This document shows positions 1-7,502 of a DNA stretch of 41,573 nucleotides, in pieces. The first letter of the stretch is position 1. The number at the start of each line of letters is the position of its first letter. The stretch spans positions 1 through 41,573 of the forward strand of contig QMQO01000007.1 in the NCBI GenBank assembly GCA_003650545.1. The letters run 5' to 3'. Under the pieces are notes generated by a model. It was not told the DNA's origin. It saw only the letters and a list, made by a program, of their open reading frames with translations, and made no database searches. A program made the position numbers and the translations under genes. Origin of the DNA: Candidatus Woesearchaeota archaeon (GTDB lineage Archaea > Nanobdellota > Nanobdellia > Woesearchaeales > B72-G16).

Positions 1-108
1 GAGTGCGCCCATTCCGCTGCGCACTCATTCATCAACCAAAAATGCTAGAAAAAACTAACGGAGGACCTCAATTCCTCCCAAACGTAAACGTTTGGGTATC
101 CTTGAGGT
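1..108. mobile_element. Probable IS200/IS605-type end or palindromic element remnant (two hairpins)
   Basis: GAGTGCGC...GCGCACTC hairpin at 1-26. CCCAAACGT-AA-ACGTTTGGG hairpin within CAATTCCTCCC...GGGTATCCTTG, which resembles IS200/IS605 subterminal hairpins. No transposase nearby in the window. Confidence 0.5.
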
Positions 109-115
109 AGATGTA

Positions 116-949
116 ATGAAAAAATATCTTTTGATAATATTGCTTGTAGGAATTGTTTTGATTAGTGGTTGTGCTAAACAAAAAGTAAGTATTTGGGAAC
201 TGCCTCCATCGCTTTTTGAAGAACTCCCTTCACAAAATTTTAGAGGGATGTATTTTAATTTTACTAAACAACCTATTGTTAATGAACCAGTTGATCTCGT
301 TTTATCATTAAAACCTAAAGAATCGTTAAATGTGTCTGTCAAAGTTATATTTTGGACAAGGGACAAAATTGCTATTATTGACGAACACACTATTGACAAT
401 GAAACAGGCATGCAAACTAAAGAATGGGAAACCAACCTAAACAAACAAGAATTTAAAGAATTCAAAACTAAAATTAAATTTTTAGATACAGAAGATTGGT
501 GCGGTAGCATAGCTGCTCGCATAGAGGTTAATGGTTTATATTATGGCACTTTAAAATTGCTTATTAAACTTGAAAATCAGGAAATAGATGTTAGAACTGG
601 TTCAAGCCCAGAGTATATACAAAAATGCAAGGAGATTAGATCTAAAACCGCCCAAATACCTGATAAAGAATCGTGTGAAGCTCTTGGTGGCAGATGGGAA
701 AGAATTAGTCCGAGACTCGAAGAATACTGTAATTTACCAACGACAGATGCTGGGAAAGAATGTTCAGATTCATCTGAATGTGAAAGCTTTTGTATTGCTG
801 AATTACTAAATTTGACAAAAGAGGACAGGCTCAAACTTGCACAAGGAACCTTTGAAACCAAAGGCAGATGCCATGAATGGAAAATTATTGTAGGGTGTTA
901 TAGTGATGTCAGAAATGGAATTGCTCAACCAGCAGTGTGTGTAGATTAG
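116..949 (+). CDS. Lipoprotein with beta-rich N-terminal domain and Cys-rich C-terminal domain
   Basis: Signal peptide with lipobox LISG-C. C-terminal CEALGGRW...CNLPTTDAGKECSDSSEC...CVD. ATG at 116 preceded by GAGGT. Confidence 0.8.
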   Translation: MKKYLLIILLVGIVLISGCAKQKVSIWELPPSLFEELPSQNFRGMYFNFTKQPIVNEPVDLVLSLKPKESLNVSVKVIFWTRDKIAIIDEHTIDNETGMQTKEWETNLNKQEFKEFKTKIKFLDTEDWCGSIAARIEVNGLYYGTLKLLIKLENQEIDVRTGSSPEYIQKCKEIRSKTAQIPDKESCEALGGRWERISPRLEEYCNLPTTDAGKECSDSSECESFCIAELLNLTKEDRLKLAQGTFETKGRCHEWKIIVGCYSDVRNGIAQPAVCVD

Positions 950-967
950 ATATTTTATTAGAAAAAA

Positions 968-1735
968 ATGAATCCAAAATATATATTAACATTGTTCTTC
1001 ATCGGCGTTATTTTAATTAGCGGTTGTGCTAAACAACCTTCTGATAAGAGTTATTATCCTTTACAAGTTGAAATAAATTTTTTGCAAACCCCAAAATTAA
1101 ACGACATCATTGATATAACTGTCACAGCAAAGGATATCACTAATTATAGGGACGAGGCATCAAAACAATCAATTGTAGAGCGTCGCAAAAATGAGACCAT
1201 GACAATTCCACTCCATTTGCCAGATGGATTTGAGTATGTGAGCGGGGACTTCGAATTTGTAAAAATAGTAGATTCAACACATCGTTGGTCAAAGAAAACC
1301 AAAATTTATACGTGGTCTGGTGATGTGTTAGTCAATAATGAGGAATTAATACTTAATGCCAAGATTAAAGCAGTTAAATCAGGAGAAGATTGGCCAGTTA
1401 TAAGTCACATATATGTTGAGCCAAAAGATCCAGAACGGCATTATACACTAGGCGGAAAAGGCATTACATTGTATGTTACTTTTGATGAAAAATCAGGAAA
1501 AGTAAGCAAAGAATCTTCTTACAAACCAACAGGAGTGGAAGTTGCTAGACGTGTAGATGATACATCTCCGCCAAAGGAAGATACCCCATCACAAAGAGAC
1601 TTATGGGAAGAACAACTGTCAGAAACCACCCAAATACCTATTACCGATTGTGCTCAAAGAGCAGGCAACACGCTATGTGAAGGACTTTCTGAGGGAGATA
1701 AACTGCCTTCCTGTGATTGTAATGATTGTTGGTAA
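968..1735 (+). CDS. Lipoprotein, paralogous to upstream gene; probably frameshifted before a Kunitz domain
   Basis: Same LISGCAKQ lipobox. Cys-rich end at DCNDCW-stop. Confidence 0.75.
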   Translation: MNPKYILTLFFIGVILISGCAKQPSDKSYYPLQVEINFLQTPKLNDIIDITVTAKDITNYRDEASKQSIVERRKNETMTIPLHLPDGFEYVSGDFEFVKIVDSTHRWSKKTKIYTWSGDVLVNNEELILNAKIKAVKSGEDWPVISHIYVEPKDPERHYTLGGKGITLYVTFDEKSGKVSKESSYKPTGVEVARRVDDTSPPKEDTPSQRDLWEEQLSETTQIPITDCAQRAGNTLCEGLSEGDKLPSCDCNDCW

Positions 1736-1907
1736 GATAAACGCTGTTCAATGCCCAAAGCCTAAAGAGATTGGCAGTTGCGAGCCAATAAACGGCTTCT
1801 ATTATAACACATCTTCAAATACTTGCAAGATCATAAGCGGATGCTCTGTTGAAGGGTTAATCCCTTTTAAGTCCAGTTCTGAATGTGAAACTCTGTGTGC
1901 GGATTAA
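1734..1907 (+). pseudogene. Kunitz/BPTI-like domain in the +1 frame after the lipoprotein stop
   Basis: C-PKPKEIGS-C-EPINGFYYNTSSNT-C-KIISG-C-SVEGLIPFKSSSE-C-ETL-C: six Cys with FYYN and F.S..EC...C pattern. No signal peptide of its own. Confidence 0.6.
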
Positions 1908-1983
1908 CCAGTATTCATAGTGACGCACATTTTTCAGAAAATAAAGACAAGCTTTAAATAAATCAAAGAAATCATTTTTTGTA

Positions 1984-2140
1984 TTAGGGAAAACCTAAAG
2001 CTCAATAAAACATAAAACGCTTTTGCGCCTGATTTTAAAAAATCCGTGCGTGAAAGTTTTGAGCTGTGAATTACGCATTAGAAGCCGAAAAAGCAGAATT
2101 CTAATGTTTCAGGCGATTAGCCACTATATAATGGTTACGT
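1984..2140 (+). ncRNA. Candidate structured noncoding RNA with pseudoknot, family unknown
   Basis: TATA-like TTTAAATA at 1953-1960. Several complementary segments with G-U wobbles on the + strand. No ORF. Confidence 0.4.
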
Positions 2141-2253
2141 GCCGAAACATTTATAAAGGATAAAAAAGAGGATAAAAAATAGGTTATAAAAGAAATAATT
2201 AATTAGGATATCTGATGATATCTGATTTATATCTATCTTTAAGGGCAAAGAAA

Positions 2254-2856
2254 ATGAAAATACTCGCAACTGGAGACATACATGGCGATACAAGAGCAGC
2301 AAAACAGTTAGCTGAGAAGGCTGCTGAAGAAAATGTAGATTTAGTGGTTATTAGCGGAGATATAACATTCAGTGAACAGAGTACTGATAATTTAATTGGG
2401 CCTTTTAAAAAGAAAAATCTGAAAGTGCTGCTTATTCCAGGTAATCATGAAAGCATCGCAACTGCTGATTTTCTTGCAGAATTATACGGTGTTAAAAACA
2501 TACATGGCTATTCTGTTAGGTATGATGATGTAGGTATTTTTGGAGCAGGTGGGGCAAATATAGGATTACAGCAGCATTCTGAAGAAGAATTATTTGATTT
2601 ACTGAAGAAAGGTCACGATCGAATTAAGTATCTCAAAAAAAAGGTAATGGTTACGCATGTGCACCCCAGCGATACTAAAATGGAAAAATTCACAAATCTT
2701 TTTCCAGGTAGCTCAGGAGTTAAGAAAGCTATCGAGACTTTTAAGCCAGACATCTTGCTCTGTAGCCATGTTCACGAAGCTGAAGGTATCGAAGAAAAGA
2801 TAGGCGAAACTAGAGTTATTAATGTTGGTAAGAAAGGAAAAATAATTGAATTATGA
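2254..2856 (+). CDS. Calcineurin-like metallophosphoesterase
   Basis: GDIHG, GD, PGNHE, HVHP and SHVHE motifs. Confidence 0.9.
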   Translation: MKILATGDIHGDTRAAKQLAEKAAEENVDLVVISGDITFSEQSTDNLIGPFKKKNLKVLLIPGNHESIATADFLAELYGVKNIHGYSVRYDDVGIFGAGGANIGLQQHSEEELFDLLKKGHDRIKYLKKKVMVTHVHPSDTKMEKFTNLFPGSSGVKKAIETFKPDILLCSHVHEAEGIEEKIGETRVINVGKKGKIIEL

Positions 2857-2969
2857 ATTATAATTTTGGAGTTCCAGCCAAGTTGAGTATCGTAGATGTA
2901 TAAGCGGTTATACACAAGTATACTAATCATACTAATATACTAATCATACTATAAATTATAAGTTTTATA

Positions 2970-4034
2970 CTATAAGTAGTTAATTTCTATTTTCAGCTTA
3001 TCCCATGTTGGATATTCTTCAACAATCGCTGGTTTAAGTTTTTGATTTAAATTTTCTTTTATCTCCTCAAGAATCCATGGTGCAATTAACACCCTATTCT
3101 TTTCAGCTTGAATTAGTTTTGCAGGAATTTTAAATTTTTTCATAAGCTTGGTTCTTAATGCAACAGGCCTCTTTGCCTCAATCATTCCTCTTATTAGAGT
3201 TCCTTCTTCTGAAATAATATCGTAATCTTTTGCAACATTTTTTGCCCTCAATTTTATTCTCTTTGAAAGCTGGACTCTATCTTTAAGTTTTGCAGTACAA
3301 TAATGAACACGCAATTTAGGATATTTTTTTGCACAATATTTTAATATCTTTAGTGCCAAAGTTTCACTGCCTTTTATTGCATAGCTTAGTTTGTTTTTTA
3401 TATGAAAACCCCGTTCCTGAAGCTGGTTTGCTTTGTTGTCCGCTATCTCCAACTCATTGATATTGAGGAACTTGATTTTTTCTACGAAAAAATCTATTAG
3501 TTTTTTTGTTTGTTTCAGTTTTCCAGGGACGGCCGGAATCTCTATTCCTAAATCCCAATCAAAGTTTTTTGCTAGTGAAATTTTATACCAAAGATCACTT
3601 TTATCAATATCTGGATGAAACCTAAGTTCATCTAAACCTGCTTTGTAAAGATTTTTTAGTTTCTTTGAATCTATTAAATCAAAAGAAGTATATAGATGGA
3701 TATGGAATGTTTTGCCAAACTTTTTCTTTAGAGCTTTTATTATTCTTAGTGTTCTATCAAGCGTCATTAAAGGGTCGCCTCCTGTTAGACCGGCTCCTTT
3801 TGCTTCTGTTAGCTGTGCTTCTTTAATGATGTTTTTTATTTTATTGGTTGGCCATTCATTTGCATAGGTTACATCTTTTTTGTACTTTTCGTCTGAGATT
3901 GGACAATAATAACAGTCTCTTCTACAAAGACCTGTCACAAATATTACTTCTTTTCTCCCCAAGACACATAGCTGACATCCTCTAGGAAGGGAGTTTATTC
4001 TTTTGGAGTAATACGGTGTATTTTTGATTTTCAT
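2970..4034 (-). CDS. Archaeal radical SAM protein (PFL-activating-enzyme-related family)
   Basis: CRRDCYYC (CxxxCxxC), TGGDP, GCQLC N-terminal motif. Confidence 0.88.
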   Translation of the reverse strand: MKIKNTPYYSKRINSLPRGCQLCVLGRKEVIFVTGLCRRDCYYCPISDEKYKKDVTYANEWPTNKIKNIIKEAQLTEAKGAGLTGGDPLMTLDRTLRIIKALKKKFGKTFHIHLYTSFDLIDSKKLKNLYKAGLDELRFHPDIDKSDLWYKISLAKNFDWDLGIEIPAVPGKLKQTKKLIDFFVEKIKFLNINELEIADNKANQLQERGFHIKNKLSYAIKGSETLALKILKYCAKKYPKLRVHYCTAKLKDRVQLSKRIKLRAKNVAKDYDIISEEGTLIRGMIEAKRPVALRTKLMKKFKIPAKLIQAEKNRVLIAPWILEEIKENLNQKLKPAIVEEYPTWDKLKIEINYL

Positions 4035-4190
4035 AGTAAGAAAGAAAAGATAGACAACTTTTTAATTTTATCTTTTTAGCTTCTGATCAACAATATTCAT
4101 TTAATGAAAAAGCTAGAAAATAGGATAGAATAGGATCACAAAGATGACAAATGGATTGAAATTAATCGCCAATATTAAATTTTTCTAGTA

Positions 4191-4952
4191 TCACTCAAAA
4201 ATAGTTTTATAATTCTTATAAATAATCTTCGCCATTTCTTCGGATGTTAAGCCATGCAATTCTGCAATCTTTGTAACTGACTTTTCTATGTTAGCTGGCT
4301 CGTTTCTCTCACGAGGAACTGGCGATAAAAAAGGTGAATCTGATTCTGTTAAAATTCTATTTTGAGGAATAACACTTGCTAGTCTCTGAAAATGTTTATC
4401 ATAAACCACAATACAAGGTATTGAAAATTTAAAGCCATTGTCAAGAGCACGGAACACTTGTCTTTCTTCACCCTGGAAGCAATGCAACACGATGTTCTTC
4501 ATATTGTTTTGTTCTAACATTGTTAAAACGTCATCTTCAGCCTTTCTTGAATGTACTAATACAGGTTTCTTTATTTTCTTTGCTAGATCTAGAACCTGCT
4601 GAAAGATTTGTTTTTGTTTTTCCCAAAGATTTTTTTTTGCAAGTTTGTGATCTAAACCTACTTCGCCTATGGCAATTATTTTGTTTTTGTTTTTTTCAAT
4701 AAATTTAAGTTCCTCGTCCACACCAAATGAGCTTTCTTTAATGGTGTGCAAGCTTTCTATCGGATCAATACCTAAAGCTGCTTTTACTATTTTGTATTTT
4801 TTTCCCATTTTTAATGATTCACGATTAGAAACAGGCGAACCTCCATTCTGGATAATTACTTTAACATCATGACGTTGTGCTCTTTCAATTACATCTTTTA
4901 GATCGTTTGTAAATTGTGGCGAATCTAGATGTGCATGGATATCTACGTACAT
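4191..4952 (-). CDS. tatD: TatD family hydrolase
   Basis: DIHAH, IGEVGLD, VHSR, LHCF and TESDSP motifs. Confidence 0.93.
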   Translation of the reverse strand: MYVDIHAHLDSPQFTNDLKDVIERAQRHDVKVIIQNGGSPVSNRESLKMGKKYKIVKAALGIDPIESLHTIKESSFGVDEELKFIEKNKNKIIAIGEVGLDHKLAKKNLWEKQKQIFQQVLDLAKKIKKPVLVHSRKAEDDVLTMLEQNNMKNIVLHCFQGEERQVFRALDNGFKFSIPCIVVYDKHFQRLASVIPQNRILTESDSPFLSPVPRERNEPANIEKSVTKIAELHGLTSEEMAKIIYKNYKTIFE

Positions 4953-5001
4953 AGCTTATCACCGATTAAGCATATTATATTCTACAGAATATAGTTCTGA
5001 T

Positions 5002-5934
5002 TTAAATATTTATTCTTTCCTTCAAGGCTGCAATCATCAAAGGAAGTGCTATTGTTGCATCACAAATAACATCAACAAACTTTGCTTTCAAACTTAATTT
5101 TCCCCAAGAGATGCTCTCTTTTAGTTCAGCCCCTGAACTGCCACCTGGCTCTGGTCTGTCCATTGTTATTTGCACACCATAATCTGCTCCTTCTTTTGGC
5201 CTAAACTGCATTGCTTGTTGAATATAATTTTTGGGTACACCACCACCAATATAGATAACACCTGTGCGCTTTGCCTTGAACGCATACTGCATTATTTGTT
5301 TAAGATCTGCAAAAGCATTTACATTTATGTATTCTCCTGCTGCTAATCTGCCCCAAATCATTAAACCAATACCTGAATCAGATATTGCAGGACAAAAAAT
5401 GGGTATTTTTTTGGAAGCACAAACGTTTAAAATTGAATTTCGATCTTCAACATTCTCGCCAATCTTCCAAAGCAATTCTGGAATGTTATCAATATCTTTT
5501 AGTTTATAAAAGATCTTTGTGAAAAAATCTTCCAATGTTTGATAAACTTCGTTTTTCATAAAACTATCATATATTCTGTCTATTCCTTGTTTGTTTAACT
5601 CCTCATCATCTATTAGATGAGAACCTTGATAATGTGAATGACCAAGAGCTTCTATCAGGTCGTGTGTTAGGTTAGCGCCTGTTATAACCAAAACATCAAT
5701 CCAGTCTGATTTTAACATATCCACTAAAACTTGTTTCATACCACCAGGCACCATGGCTCCTGCAACTCCTAGAAAAACTCGACAATCTTTATCTGTAAAC
5801 ATATCTTCCATTATCTGTGTTGCTTTTGCTATTTTACCAGCACCCATTACATTGCTTTGCCGCATGGCATTAACTAGATCATTTACAGACATTTTTTTTT
5901 CTAAAGAGATTTGTTTTATTGGCTTTAGTTGCAT
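5002..5934 (-). CDS. dys: Deoxyhypusine synthase
   Basis: AGAMVPGG, TGANLTHD, GGGVPKN, SGAELKESISWGK and DATIALP motifs. Confidence 0.93.
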   Translation of the reverse strand: MQLKPIKQISLEKKMSVNDLVNAMRQSNVMGAGKIAKATQIMEDMFTDKDCRVFLGVAGAMVPGGMKQVLVDMLKSDWIDVLVITGANLTHDLIEALGHSHYQGSHLIDDEELNKQGIDRIYDSFMKNEVYQTLEDFFTKIFYKLKDIDNIPELLWKIGENVEDRNSILNVCASKKIPIFCPAISDSGIGLMIWGRLAAGEYINVNAFADLKQIMQYAFKAKRTGVIYIGGGVPKNYIQQAMQFRPKEGADYGVQITMDRPEPGGSSGAELKESISWGKLSLKAKFVDVICDATIALPLMIAALKERINI

Positions 5935-6118
5935 AGATTATCACCAATTGGATAAAATATTGAACATCAAATATAATAAATATTACATTATAATAATACC
6001 AATGAATTTATAGAATCTAGCTTCCTGCTTTTCTTACAGAATCGTGTAACATATTACTAAGAGAATTTATTGATTTATAAGATTTTGGGTTTTTCGGTTT
6101 TTATTAAATTAATTTAAG

Positions 6119-6541
6119 CTAAAGTAACGCCAGGTTTCTACGCTGCTCAAAAATGATCTTTTTTGTTTTTTTAACATCAACTGGATAATGAAAACCGCGT
6201 TGAAACATCTTATGGTCATATTTTGCAGGTTTAAAATAGCTGATTATTTTTTCCAATGCGCTTTGTTCATCAAATTCTTTGCAAGAAAATATATCAAGAG
6301 CTGCAAAGTATTGTTCTGGATATGTGTGAACAGAAATATGGCTTTCTGCTATGATCACAAAACCAGAAATCCCCCATTTTTCATGTGGCGGTTCTAAATA
6401 TTTCATAACATTAGGAAGCGAAATCTTGGTCATCTCTATATGGTCGGGCATCTCGTCAAGAAAAGTGTATATAAAACTTTCGTTTGCTAAAAGATTTTTT
6501 GCACACCCATACAATTCCATTACGAGATGTGGTCCATACAT
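6119..6541 (-). CDS. speD: S-adenosylmethionine decarboxylase proenzyme (pyruvoyl-dependent)
   Basis: GPHL, IAE|SHISVHTYPE self-cleavage site, DIFSC. Confidence 0.88.
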   Translation of the reverse strand: MYGPHLVMELYGCAKNLLANESFIYTFLDEMPDHIEMTKISLPNVMKYLEPPHEKWGISGFVIIAESHISVHTYPEQYFAALDIFSCKEFDEQSALEKIISYFKPAKYDHKMFQRGFHYPVDVKKTKKIIFEQRRNLALL

Positions 6542-6880
6542 TTTGGATTACAATAAAAATCTACCTCCTTTTTTAATTAGAATTTAATAATTCTTATCAG
6601 CTTATAAACTTAACGGTTATCTTATCAATTAGACAATATAAACCTAGTGTTGCTTTGTTATAGAATATAAATTTTATTGACCATTGGATAGATTTATTGA
6701 CTATCAATTATCACAATTATCAATTACATGTCTTACTTTTGTATTCGCTTATATTTTATAAGGATTATTAATAAAGAATAATAAGAAAAGAAATAAGAAA
6801 TGTTAATAAGGAATGTTAAGGAATATGTTTATAAGATTAACAATCTTTATAAAGAAGGCAAAAATCTAAAAGTGTAGGTG

Positions 6881-7306
6881 ATGAATATGACCATAATCGG
6901 TTTTAATTTCAAAAGGTTTGATGCTGAAAAAAAAGAACATCAAGGCGGCAATATCAAGGTAGATAATAACATCAATATAAAAAGTGTCGAAGAGTTTGAA
7001 GTAAATCTTGGCAAAGGGGCCCAAAAAGCACTAAAGTTTAATTTCGAATTCTCGTCCACATTTCAACCAGATATCGGCAGGATTATAATTGCAGGTGAAG
7101 TGATTGACCTTGAAGATGAAAAAAAGGTTAAAGAGATAGTTGAAGCATGGAAAAAGAAAGAAAAACTTGATGAGAAAGTGATGGAGCCAGTGATGACTTA
7201 CATTCTTAATAAAAGTAATATTCAAGCTTTATTAATTGCAAAGGATTTAAATTTACCAAGTCCTGTTCCTCTGCCAAGAATCAGGAAGCTGCCAAAAACT
7301 AAGTAA
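6881..7306 (+). CDS. Conserved archaeal hypothetical protein, possibly SecB-like fold
   Basis: IIGFNF N-terminus and LNLPSPVPLP C-terminus. The fold assignment is inference. Confidence 0.65.
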   Translation: MNMTIIGFNFKRFDAEKKEHQGGNIKVDNNINIKSVEEFEVNLGKGAQKALKFNFEFSSTFQPDIGRIIIAGEVIDLEDEKKVKEIVEAWKKKEKLDEKVMEPVMTYILNKSNIQALLIAKDLNLPSPVPLPRIRKLPKTK

Positions 7307-7350
7307 AAACTAGTGTGATGGTCTATTGAAATATTTATTTTCATATATCA

Positions 7351-7392
7351 AAACGAAAGGTTTATATATTCTTGTTGATTTTAAATCAACAA
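7351..7392 (+). promoter_or_regulatory. cdc48 promoter (BRE-TATA) followed by a perfect inverted-repeat operator
   Basis: AAACGAAAGG-TTTATATA (7351-7368), then TTGTTGATTT-T-AAATCAACAA (7372-7392). Confidence 0.6.
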
Positions 7393-7502
7393 AAAGGGGT
7401 TTATTGATTTGAATATTTATTAAACAAGAATAAATAGTTACAAGAATAATTAGAATTAATAATTAGAATTAGTTGAATAGTTAATTGAATGGAAATTTAA
7501 AA

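Noticed and set aside
1557..1733. N-terminal part of the 116-aa ORF 1557..1907
   Set aside because: It overlaps the lipoprotein in another frame and looks non-biological; only the Kunitz-like 3' part is credible.
1733..1735. Stop-codon readthrough or alternative genetic code
   Set aside because: The downstream domain is in a different frame, and all three stop codons terminate normal genes in this window.
1984..2140. SRP RNA, RNase P RNA or tRNA identity for the structured element
   Set aside because: No SRP helix-8 motif, no GAGGAAAGUCC-type RNase P core, no T-loop consensus.
6690..6840. Repetitive AT-rich tract as a CRISPR array or replication origin
   Set aside because: Repeats are short and irregular with no spacers, no cas genes, no ORB-like G-string and no cdc6 nearby.
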